Shown here: positions 10,617 to 21,684 of the stretch, piece after piece
Numbering within the stretch: position 1 is the stretch's first letter
Layout: each line of letters opens with the position of its first letter
Source: Candidatus Latescibacterota bacterium
GTDB lineage: Bacteria; Latescibacterota; CBDEFO01
Assembly (NCBI GenBank): GCA_965248755.1
Contig: OZ252149.1
Span: 1,504,001-1,568,000 of the forward strand
Direction of reading: 5' to 3'
Length of the DNA stretch: 64,000 nt
Notes under the pieces: model-generated
The model's database searches: none
What the model was told of the DNA's origin: nothing
The model's input: the letters and a program-made list of their open reading frames with translations, nothing else
Made by a program: the position numbers and the translations under genes

Positions 10617-11053
10617 ATCCATCGGTTTGAACCAATTGTTTCATCGATCTTATCTTCTAATTCAGAGAGTTCTTCTGGTGCATTAATGTCACCGTGATAA
10701 TGCGCTATTGCTTTTGTTTCCCCATCAATGGTTATGGAGGTTAAAGCAGAAGAACTGTCGGTAACGAAATACTCTTCGTAGCTATCCTTTAAAGAGTAAT
10801 AGTCTATTCTCTCAAACTCTGAAATCAATTGTCTAATTTTCCGCTTACTGACAGTACTCGTCCTTTTGCCCGTAACCTTAACAAACATCTCACCTTCATA
10901 GACAACCCTCCCCTTGCCATATATTGTTAGCTTATAAACAGGGCAAAGGCCATAACATGGTGTTCTTTCCAGCGTGATAACTACGCCCTTAAAATTCGTT
11001 ATGGTCGCCAAAGGATTCCTTTCGGTATTCGTAGACGTGTGTTTCTTTTTCAT
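10502..11053 (-). CDS. DUF6438-like protein; C-terminal tail is IS-derived
   Basis: Motif ITLERTPCYGLCPVYKLTIYGKGRVVYEG. Residues after NRWI are read from the IS remnant. Confidence 0.75.
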   Translation of the reverse strand: MKKKHTSTNTERNPLATITNFKGVVITLERTPCYGLCPVYKLTIYGKGRVVYEGEMFVKVTGKRTSTVSKRKIRQLISEFERIDYYSLKDSYEEYFVTDSSSALTSITIDGETKAIAHYHGDINAPEELSELEDKIDETIGSNRWIRPLSLTERQIFRKLGFEKVAQSVKRRSEGWYALGGDS

Positions 11054-11273
11054 CTTATGTGTCTCCTGCTGTGAGTGGCATAGCTACTCATCTCTCTATA
11101 TCACAAGCCTACTGAGGTTCACCGCATCAAGACCAGCTTCCTTGTCTTCACAAACCCATCTGTCTCCATCCGATACAAATAAACGCCGCTGGCCGGGCTT
11201 TCTCCGTTATTATCTTTGCCATCCCGGACTATAGAAGAACGTAAGCCTCAGGAACGTCTGATGGTAGTTCTGC

Positions 11274-11795
11274 CTACTCATTTATGGTAGCGGGGGTAGT
11301 GGACAGATTCAGCAACACTGATACATTATTGCTGCCCGCATTAGCCACAGCCAGGTCATTATTACCATCTCCATCTAAATCTGCAATGAAAACCAAACGG
11401 GGACTATGCCCAGCAGCATAGTCAGCCCTACGTGCAAATGTACCATCTCCATTATTCAACAACACTGATGCACCGACGCCTCCAGCCACAGCTAGGTCAT
11501 TATCACCATCTCCATCTAAATCTGCAATGAATACTGATATGGGCCAATCCCCAGCAGGATAGTTTACTTTAGGTGCAAATGTCCCATTTCCATTGTTCAA
11601 CAGCACCGATACATAGTCGAGTCCAGCCACAGCTAAGTCATTGTCGCCATCTCCATCTAAATCTGAGACGAATACTGACGTAGGACGATCCCCAGCAGGA
11701 TAGTCAGACCTGGGTCCGAAAAGATCCTGTGCATAGGGAGTCGCACTCAAAGGGAAAAGCAGTACCAAAGCAGTGTAGAACATTTTCTGTATCAT
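11274..11795 (-). CDS. Secreted FG-GAP/VCBS repeat protein
   Basis: Signal peptide plus three DLDGDGxNDLAVA...VSVLLN repeats. Confidence 0.85.
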   Translation of the reverse strand: MIQKMFYTALVLLFPLSATPYAQDLFGPRSDYPAGDRPTSVFVSDLDGDGDNDLAVAGLDYVSVLLNNGNGTFAPKVNYPAGDWPISVFIADLDGDGDNDLAVAGGVGASVLLNNGDGTFARRADYAAGHSPRLVFIADLDGDGNNDLAVANAGSNNVSVLLNLSTTPATINE

Positions 11796-11958
11796 TATTA
11801 GGTGTCCGTTGCTATGCCAAAGAGAGTTGTTACGGAGATTCTTCACAGTCAATCAGGAGAGAAGATACAACTGAGGTGAGTAGATGTCGATAGAGGATAG
11901 ATAACTGGGAAAATGGTCAGAGAAAATCCTCAAAAGATAAAAGTTTCCGCATCCGAAA

Positions 11959-13305
11959 GGGTCTGTCAGTTTTTTTGTGTAAATGGGATTTTCTTCTGTA
12001 CCCTTTTCGGCTTATTCTATACCAAATCTCCCCTCGAAGTGGATGGAGAATTGGTGAATGGCCAAGCTCCAGTTCCTGATCGGCATCGTCCATTTTTTCT
12101 TGATATTCTTGAGTGTCATATAGAGTAACTTAATCGCTGTCTCGTCGTTTGGGAAGCTATTTCTGTTCTTTATTACTTTCCGTAGAGAGTTATTAAGCGA
12201 TTCGATGGCGTTTGTGGTATAGATCACCCTTCGGATCTCTTCAGAGTAGGCGAAAAACGGGATGATCCGAGACCAGTTATTCTGCCACGATTTACTTATC
12301 ATCGGATAACGGCTGTCCCAAGCCTCCTGAAAATCTCCAAGGGCCTCTTCAGCCTGTTCTACCGTGGGGGCTCGGTATATATTCTTGAGGTCGGCGGCAA
12401 TCTTCTTACGATCCCTATACGACACGAACTTCAAGGAATTCCTCACCACATGGACAATACAGAGCTGGACCTCTGCTTGGGGAAATACGGATTCAATAGC
12501 CTCTGGAAGACCCTGGAGACCATCCACGCAAGCTATCAACACATCGTTCATCCCCCGATTCTTAAGCTCCGTGAAAACTTGCAGCCAGAACTTCGCCCCC
12601 TCGCTCTTTGCAATCCAGATACCCAAAACGTCTTTCATCCCATCCAGACCGACCCCTACCGCAAGATACACCGCCTTGTTTACGATCCGGCCTTCGTCTC
12701 TAATCTTCATCACCAGAGAATCAAAGAATACTATGGGATACACCCCTTCCAAAGGACGATCCTGCCACTGCTTCACCTCTGATATGATCCCATCGGTCAC
12801 AGTCGATATCAAATCAGGGGACACCTCTACACCGTATATCTCCTCCAAATGAGCCTGTATATCACGTGTGGTCATCCCTCGGGCATACATAGACAGTATC
12901 TTATCATCAAAGCCTGTAAATCGCCTCTGCCCCTTCCTCACTATCTGCGGATCAAACTGACTGTTCCGATCCCGTGGCACCGATATCTCCAGATCACCAT
13001 AATCTGTCTTCAATCCCTTTGTGCTCCTACCGTTGCGCGAATTACCGCTGTTCCTCCCTTCTGGAGAACTCTTATCGTAGCCTAACTCATACGTAAGCTC
13101 TGACTCCAGAGCCCGCTCAAGAATCGCCTTCGTCAACTGCTTCAAAAGACCTTCCTCACCAATTATGTCTTCCGGCTTCTTGTAATCCTTCAAAAGCTCA
13201 TCAATCAACTTCGGGTCTAGCTTGTCCATGTAAGAACTCCTTATGTAAATGGTGGACAACTAATATAACTCATTTCCCCATTTACACAAATTTCCTTACA
13301 CACCC
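11959..13305 (-). mobile_element. IS256-family element, copy 2 (inverted)
   Basis: Reverse complement of 8941-10287; the translated transposase is identical. Confidence 0.95.
12012..13229 (-). CDS. IS256-family transposase
   Basis: Protein identical to 9017-10234. Confidence 0.96.
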   Translation of the reverse strand: MDKLDPKLIDELLKDYKKPEDIIGEEGLLKQLTKAILERALESELTYELGYDKSSPEGRNSGNSRNGRSTKGLKTDYGDLEISVPRDRNSQFDPQIVRKGQRRFTGFDDKILSMYARGMTTRDIQAHLEEIYGVEVSPDLISTVTDGIISEVKQWQDRPLEGVYPIVFFDSLVMKIRDEGRIVNKAVYLAVGVGLDGMKDVLGIWIAKSEGAKFWLQVFTELKNRGMNDVLIACVDGLQGLPEAIESVFPQAEVQLCIVHVVRNSLKFVSYRDRKKIAADLKNIYRAPTVEQAEEALGDFQEAWDSRYPMISKSWQNNWSRIIPFFAYSEEIRRVIYTTNAIESLNNSLRKVIKNRNSFPNDETAIKLLYMTLKNIKKKWTMPIRNWSLAIHQFSIHFEGRFGIE

Positions 13306-14214
13306 GAACGTTATTACACCAGCTGAGATAAAAGTCCCGAACAGACACACCAAAAGCCAGGGAAGCCTTATCCCCGCTATCTTGAGAACAGACCGGCTCG
13401 CCTGCTCCTCTTCGCTGGTCCCCGCCATCTTATATGCGTCCTCAGTAGCCTCATCCTCCAACGCCTGCAGGACAGCGTCTGATGTTATCTGACCTAAAAG
13501 CTTATTGTTCCCATCTACAACAGGAACAGCTAAGAGATTGTACCTGCTGAAACTCCTTGTTATCTCCTTTCGATCCAACAGGACATCTACAGTGAGAACG
13601 TCAGGATCTAAGATGTCCGCCATAACCATCCAGGGCTGAGCGGTCACAAGCCTCCTTATAGAGACAACACCTACAAGACGATTCTGGTTGTCCACCACGT
13701 ACACGTAAAATATCGCATTAGATTGGCCCCAATCCCTCATATAATCTATAACCTACGGGACGGTCATGTTCCCTTGAACAGAGATCAGATGCGGAGTCAT
13801 TAAACTCCCCGTCGTGCCCTCGGGATATTGAAAGAGGTCCCTCACCTCCTCGACGCTCGCCTCCTCCAAAAGTTCTATAACCTCTTCGAGCCCTTCTTCG
13901 GGAAGATCAGCTATAATGTCCACCGTTTCGTCGGGAGGCAGATTCTCCACTATCTCTACCAACTCTTTGCTGTCTATGTCCTCTAAAATCTCGACCCTGG
14001 ATGCCCTGTCAAGTTCTTCTAACACAACTCCGAAGTCTTCCTCACCTAATAGACTGAACACAAGTTCTCTTCCATCCTCATCTAAATATCTGAGAGCATC
14101 GGCTACATCCGCAGGATGATGATCCTTTAAAATCCCCACCAAACAATCCAGATCCTACCGTTCAAGACAGTCCTTGATTATATCAAAAAGATATGGGCCG
14201 TTCTCTTCGGACAT
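13306..14214 (-). pseudogene. mgtE: Magnesium transporter MgtE, frameshifted and 3'-truncated by IS256
   Basis: HPADVA, YPEGTTGSLMT, CBS domains and RLPWL are split over several frames; the gene is cut at the IS256 end. Confidence 0.9.
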
Positions 14215-14420
14215 ATCTGTCTATATTCCTTTCAACTCAGTCGACCTTGTGATCTCATCTATGGCTATTCCTTAACACCACTTTGTAATTGAAAGAATAT
14301 AACAATACGATACGTCTATGTCACAGAGAAATCCATATTTGTCCTTGACCCTGATGGAAAGGCTCGTTATTTTAAAGGCAGGAAGAGGCAACGGTTTTTC
14401 TTTTTCGTTTTGGATTTTTT

Positions 14421-16169
14421 ATGATATTCGATGTCCTTACACAGATAGAAGACGCTCTTAAAAAGAGAGCAGAATATGCTATTTCTTCCCTCTTTTCTAT
14501 CACCGGATTAAGCTTCAGATTCACATCTCATATAGATGGCGATGAAAATGCGGTGATACACTACGGTTCAACGTTCTCCGACAAATATACAAAGATGTGC
14601 CGAGGCGGGACACTATTCATCCACATCCCCTGTTGTTCGCACCTGTATGGTTCTGAGTGGGGACAGGAAGAATTCGGAGAGATTGAAAAATCTCTTAGAT
14701 ATTTCAAAGATCCAAAGACCGAGGAGAACATCCCATTTTGGGGCGATGTAAAATCTCAAAATGATACTTCCCACTCGCAGCGGTCGAACCAGCCTGCCAC
14801 GATAGAAAAGATTGGCTCCGGAGCGTTATGCGTCTTCAACTTCGACCTCTTTGCCAATACGTTCTTGCATCTATCCCGAATCGAAGAACAGCACAACGCA
14901 AAACGCGATAAATGGAATAGATTTCCAAGTAGCCAGAGTCTCCTCGGAAGATCGGGACTTCTCGATCGCGCGGTGATAGACGAACACGCGCAGGCGCTCA
15001 TAAACGTCATAATCGAATGCTGTCGCGTCACAGGCAAGATTCTGATCCGAAAATGTGCCTGGCCCCGGGGGAAACCGTTTGCTGCCTTTTTTTCGCACGA
15101 TGTGGACCGAATAAGAAAGTGGACCCCCAAAAGGATCGGCTACGAGACTATAAGAAGTGCAAGACATCCTCTGAAGTTAAAAGAGTTAGCTCTATCCGTA
15201 CTCAGAGATAAAGACCCGTACTGGACATTCGACCGACTCCTTCAGATGGAAGAAAGGGCAGGTGTTAAATCCTCCTTCTACTTCGGAGTCAAAAGGAGAG
15301 TCAAAGCCGACCCCTCCTACCATATCAATCGCAGAGATGTGCAGGAGCTAATAAAAAAGCTCAAAAAGCGAGGATGCGAAATCGGTCTCCATGGGGGTAT
15401 GACATCCTACAGGGACGTATCTCAACTCAAATCCGACAAGAAGGTGCTCGAGGGGATATCAAAAGGAGAGATCTCTGGAGTCAGGCAGCACTATCTCAGA
15501 CTGGACTACGACACCACGCTAAAGAGCCAAGAGATCGCCGGATTTCAGTACGACGCCACATTAGGATATGCAGATTGTGAGGGATTTAGAGCGGGAACAT
15601 CTTTCCCATTCCACCCGTTCGACCACACCCAGGAACAAAAAATGGATTTTCTGGAGATACCGCTCAGCCTTATGGACTCGGCCCTGACAGGATATAAGGG
15701 CTACACTGTCCAAGAAGCCTTCGAGGCGACCCAAAGCCTGCTCCAAAAGGCGGAGAAAAATGGCGGTCTCTTCACTTTCCTTGTGCACCAAAACAGTCTC
15801 GACAAAAGCGAATTTCCATATATAGAACCGCTCTATGAACACACTCTCATGATGATACAGGAGAGTGACCCCTATTGCGCCACTGGAAAGGAGATAGCTG
15901 ATTGGTGGAGGGATAGAGAATCGTTGAGGATAATTCAACAACAACGAAAGGGAAAAACGTTAGAATGTTTCCTCGAATCCGAAAGAGAAATCCCGCATAT
16001 TACCATAACTATAGAGCCTGTCGTTAACCTCGATAGTATTAAGATAGAAGTTGACGGCTGCAACCATGTTGACGGCTGCAACCATAAAGAGGCAAACGAT
16101 GCCCTCAGGATCCAATTGGAATCTGTGCCCCAAAACAGGACCGTCAGGATCAAGTTGAGGCGCTTATGA
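14421..16169 (+). CDS. Polysaccharide deacetylase-family protein
   Basis: Motifs SHDVD, EIGLHG, RQHYLR, YDATLGY, GFRAGT, LEIPL. Confidence 0.85.
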   Translation: MIFDVLTQIEDALKKRAEYAISSLFSITGLSFRFTSHIDGDENAVIHYGSTFSDKYTKMCRGGTLFIHIPCCSHLYGSEWGQEEFGEIEKSLRYFKDPKTEENIPFWGDVKSQNDTSHSQRSNQPATIEKIGSGALCVFNFDLFANTFLHLSRIEEQHNAKRDKWNRFPSSQSLLGRSGLLDRAVIDEHAQALINVIIECCRVTGKILIRKCAWPRGKPFAAFFSHDVDRIRKWTPKRIGYETIRSARHPLKLKELALSVLRDKDPYWTFDRLLQMEERAGVKSSFYFGVKRRVKADPSYHINRRDVQELIKKLKKRGCEIGLHGGMTSYRDVSQLKSDKKVLEGISKGEISGVRQHYLRLDYDTTLKSQEIAGFQYDATLGYADCEGFRAGTSFPFHPFDHTQEQKMDFLEIPLSLMDSALTGYKGYTVQEAFEATQSLLQKAEKNGGLFTFLVHQNSLDKSEFPYIEPLYEHTLMMIQESDPYCATGKEIADWWRDRESLRIIQQQRKGKTLECFLESEREIPHITITIEPVVNLDSIKIEVDGCNHVDGCNHKEANDALRIQLESVPQNRTVRIKLRRL

Positions 16170-16249
16170 ACAGATCTGTGGGAATATATCTGGTGAGAGG
16201 AAAACCAACGTCTTCTACGTACCTTCTCGAGTCGTCAGACAGTTTCTGC

Positions 16250-17846
<1,597 letters not shown>

Positions 17847-18380
17847 ACTCTTTTACCTCCTTAGTTAACCAAAGCTAATTTAGAAGTGTAATTTTACCCT
17901 TGAACAGATCATAATCCGTTTCAAAGGTTGCTCGTATTACTAGACCCCAAACCGTCCATAAGGTTCCCTACTTGCCAAAAATAGCACCCCAATCAGGAAT
18001 TCTGGAAATAAAACACGCTGCAGCTACTTTTGCGAAGGGCAACGTCCTTAGCTCCTGAATGTCTCAAACAGCCTGTATATTTATATAATAGTATAACCAA
18101 TATATGGATAAAAGTCAACAGCTTTTTCCTGTGAGTTTGATAAAATTGGGGATAAAAAGATCGTGGATGACGACCGGAAAACCTGAGTATCAAGATTTCC
18201 TGAAGGTTTATACTTATTAGCAATCTGTAATGGCTTCATCTTTGAAATAGGAACAACCATCGCATCTTCAAACAAAGGCCTTGACAAATACTTTCAGTTG
18301 GGCTACTCTTTTTATGTTTGTAGGATGGTTAAAGACTAATTGACGATAGATAAAAGAACGTTAGACAAAAGGAGATTCAG

Positions 18381-19769
18381 ATGTCCCGGGTGATCAAGGA
18401 GAACCTGCGTTTCGACATCGAAGAGGAATATCAAAGAGTATTTGCCGATTACAAGAGGGCACACGACAGGGCTTTGTCTCTATTTCCGAACGGTGTCACC
18501 CACGACAACAGGTATTATGAACCCTTTCCCATCTACATAGACAGGTGTCAGGGATCGAAAAAGTGGGACAAAAACGGAAGAGAGTACATAGATTATTGGA
18601 TGGGGCACGGAGCATTGATTCTGGGCCACTGTCACCCGAAGGTTGTGGAGGCACTTAAAAGACAAATAGAAAGGGGAACTCACTACGGAGCGTGTAACGA
18701 ACTGGAGATAGAATGGGCGGAGCTCGTACTGGAGCTCTTGCCAAGAATGGACAGGATCAGGTTTACAAGCTCTGGTACCGAGGCCACGCTTATGGCGCTG
18801 AGGCTGGCAAGGGCGTTTACTGGAAAGAGAAAGTTCATAAAGTTTAGGGGACATTTCCACGGATGGCACGACAGTGTGATAGTGGAGACATATCCCCCCT
18901 TCGACGGGCATATCCCGAACGGTCTTTTGGATGAGGTCTTCCAAAGTGCTGTCATCTGTCCGCCTAACGATATAGATGGAGTCGAGGAAGAACTGAAAAA
19001 GGACAACGATATATCTGCAGTGATACTGGAGCCTTCAGGGGCGAACTTCGGGGTTATACCTACTAAGGAGGGTTTCCTCAACGACTTAAGGGCAGTAACA
19101 AAAAGATACAACTGCCTTCTGATCTTCGACGAGGTGATAACGGGGTTCAGATGCTCTCCAGGGGGAGCGCAGGAATATTACGATATATGCCCCGACATCA
19201 CAACCCTTGCCAAGATCCTGGCGGGAGGACTTCCGGTGGGCGCAGTGGCAGGAAGGGCTGATATAATGGAGATCTTACAGTTCAAGGAAGATTTAAGATG
19301 GAACGATCACAAAAAGATGCACCATCCGGGGACGTTCAACGCCAATCCGCTTTCTGCTGTTGCCGGTATAGCCACACTCAGGGAGGTAAAATCCGGAGAG
19401 GAGATAGAAAAGGCTAATAAGTTGGGGGCGTATCTGACCGACCTGTTTAACGAGATTATCTTAAAGCACGGGCTAACCTGGCACACCTACAGGCATTTTT
19501 CGGGCTTCATGCTGCTTATGTACGAAGACGCCTACAAGCTGCGCTCAGGAGAGATGAAGGCCTGGCAGTACGATATAGAGAGGTTGAAGAAAGGCGGTCC
19601 ACCTGAACTTAGCCAAAGATTCGGGAGCGCGATGCGCCTAAATGGGATAGATTTGGGTGGTCTCAAGGGGTTGACGTCTTCCGTGCACTCGGAGGAAGAT
19701 ATAGAAACGACTGCTGAGGCGTTCGAAGCGTCAATAGGTATGCTGAAGAAGGAAGGGACGATACCTTGA
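18381..19769 (+). CDS. Class III aminotransferase (glutamate-1-semialdehyde aminomutase-like)
   Basis: Motifs SGTEAT, FHGWHD, FDEVITGFR, LAKILAGG, GTFNANP. Confidence 0.88.
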   Translation: MSRVIKENLRFDIEEEYQRVFADYKRAHDRALSLFPNGVTHDNRYYEPFPIYIDRCQGSKKWDKNGREYIDYWMGHGALILGHCHPKVVEALKRQIERGTHYGACNELEIEWAELVLELLPRMDRIRFTSSGTEATLMALRLARAFTGKRKFIKFRGHFHGWHDSVIVETYPPFDGHIPNGLLDEVFQSAVICPPNDIDGVEEELKKDNDISAVILEPSGANFGVIPTKEGFLNDLRAVTKRYNCLLIFDEVITGFRCSPGGAQEYYDICPDITTLAKILAGGLPVGAVAGRADIMEILQFKEDLRWNDHKKMHHPGTFNANPLSAVAGIATLREVKSGEEIEKANKLGAYLTDLFNEIILKHGLTWHTYRHFSGFMLLMYEDAYKLRSGEMKAWQYDIERLKKGGPPELSQRFGSAMRLNGIDLGGLKGLTSSVHSEEDIETTAEAFEASIGMLKKEGTIP

Positions 19770-19781
19770 CCTTAAGCGGAT

Positions 19782-20336
19782 TTAAGGTGCAGAAACTGAG
19801 GTAATTTCGTACTGAGCGGCCACCGATTCATGTCTTTCAGGGCCGTGTCGGAGCAGTCTTACAACTTTCTTATATCGGGAACTTGCGGCCTTCCTTGAGA
19901 TACCCATCACCTCCCCGATCTCCCTGAAGGACAATCCCTTCAAGAATAGCCCGACCACCTGAAAATCTTTTTCATCAAGGAACGTCTCCATGATTTCCTC
20001 AAGCCGAGCCCACATTATGGGGTCCATCCCATCGCTTATCAGATCTGCTATACAACAAGGCTTATCCTGAGACTGTCTGGCGTCCGATATAGCTTGGATC
20101 TGTTGCGGAGAGTACGAGTGGAATATCAATTTTTCATTCTTCTTACCCATAGTAACCTGTCCCCAAAAGCGTTCAGATGGAACATCAACATCGAAAGGGA
20201 ATCCCCAAGAGTATCCAAAGAACTTTTCTGGTAAGATCCCAGTTCTTGAACGCATCTGTCCCCCAGGCCTACGCTTTTTCTGCTCAGCTAATTTGCCGAA
20301 CCCATATCCCGATAACTCACTTGGAGTCGTCGCCAT
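19782..20336 (-). CDS. Protein with a C-terminal sigma-70 region 4-like HTH
   Basis: GLSFREIGEVMGISRKAASSRY. Confidence 0.6.
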   Translation of the reverse strand: MATTPSELSGYGFGKLAEQKKRRPGGQMRSRTGILPEKFFGYSWGFPFDVDVPSERFWGQVTMGKKNEKLIFHSYSPQQIQAISDARQSQDKPCCIADLISDGMDPIMWARLEEIMETFLDEKDFQVVGLFLKGLSFREIGEVMGISRKAASSRYKKVVRLLRHGPERHESVAAQYEITSVSAP

Positions 20337-20465
20337 TTGAGCAGTCTGCGTTGTCTCTCCGAAAAGTTATGCGCTAACACATTTACAATATATATCATCC
20401 TGTATCCAATGTCAAGCGGGTTTTTGTCAAAGTGGAGGGTCCACTGCGGCAATGCTCAAAGCTCG

Positions 20466-20725
20466 TAGACGAATAGGTTCACCGGGATACACAGATCCGC
20501 CGAGATGTGCTACATTGCAGGATTAAGGCCCCAAGAGCGCATTTTGTAGAGTCGGGAACAGAGGATAGTATATTCCGAGGCTACAGTGGAGTCCTTCCAA
20601 AAGGCCAAGAGAATCTATAAGGTATTCAAAGTGGAAGACAGAATAGATATGGAGATATTTGAGGGAGAACAGAGCTTTTACGGGAAAGGAGCCTTCAAGT
20701 TCCTCAGAAGTGGCTCTGAATTTAC
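20466..20725 (+). pseudogene. C-terminal remnant of an alpha/beta-hydrolase
   Basis: Frame-broken reading PGIHRSAEMCYIAGL / APRAHFVESGTEDSIF / ATVESFQKAKRIYKVFKVEDRIDMEIFEGE. Confidence 0.6.
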
Positions 20726-20964
20726 ACTTTGGGTAATGTGCACACTCTTGTAGTACTAAACCTTTGGCATGCAAGCTAACATACCTCCGGAATATTGGAA
20801 AGGATAACTTAAGTTCATGTTAGACGTTTGAGCCTACCTTTTCCTTTTGGCCAAGCTCTGAGCGCTCAGTGTGCGGCTTCTACTCCTGTCCATATCAAAT
20901 TAAGAATATAAGGAAGAAAGGCTTCAATCTTTCTTGCCATAGATCAGTTTGCAATAGAAATCCT

Positions 20965-21573
20965 CTACTGGAGGATAGGATCATCGATCCAACGGACTAT
21001 CTTCCACAGGCCCTTCTCGTTCTGCCTCAGCTTAAAGGTCATATTCTGGCTTACGCGGAAGCCGTTTTCCCCTGTCTCATCCACCATAAACATATTCACG
21101 GGACCGAAGAACACCTCCCAATCCTCGTCGGGATGAGCGTTAGGATCGCCCTCAAATTGTGGAAGCTCAGTTCCCTTCTCCTCTGTGAATCTCCCTCGTG
21201 TGCCCCCAGCCTGAGTAAACTCGAAATCAAAGATCGCGAACTCCTCAAAGATGCGTTTCACAACCTCAATATCCCGATCCTTTCCCCATGCGAAATCCAG
21301 ACTATCCGTTTGGTTCGGTTCTGTCCACCAATATCTTTCATCGAGCAGGTCTTCATAGACTGCAATGTCATTATCATCCATAGCAAAATCCAGATTATCA
21401 AGGAAAATCTCAGGCGTTGTAGCATCTGGAATAACACCTATTTTGTCGTCAGGGCCAGGGTCTACGAAGGGTTCCTTCGGCTTAGGGCTAAAGGGATTAC
21501 TGCATCCTATTATGAGTGCAAAGAAGATTATGCACACTGTAGAAACACAAATAAAACACTTCATCATTGCCAT
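20965..21573 (-). CDS. Hypothetical lipoprotein
   Basis: Hydrophobic N-terminus with lipobox IIGC; ends WKIVRWID. Confidence 0.7.
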   Translation of the reverse strand: MAMMKCFICVSTVCIIFFALIIGCSNPFSPKPKEPFVDPGPDDKIGVIPDATTPEIFLDNLDFAMDDNDIAVYEDLLDERYWWTEPNQTDSLDFAWGKDRDIEVVKRIFEEFAIFDFEFTQAGGTRGRFTEEKGTELPQFEGDPNAHPDEDWEVFFGPVNMFMVDETGENGFRVSQNMTFKLRQNEKGLWKIVRWIDDPILQ

Positions 21574-21684
21574 TATCTTCCCATCTCTTTCTTCAATTAA
21601 TTTCAGCTATGGAACATAGCGATTTCCGTGTTTGCGAAGTGCTGAAGGCACACAGTTGCGATCTTAACATGATGTTCTAACTCC

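Noticed and set aside
20430..20560. Possible structured ncRNA (6S-like pairing)
   Set aside because: The region translates, with frameshifts, as an alpha/beta-hydrolase C-terminus, so a pseudogene explains it better.
20869..21600. 243-aa plus-strand ORF and similar overlapping ORFs in the track
   Set aside because: These are antisense or alternate-frame shadows of better-supported genes.
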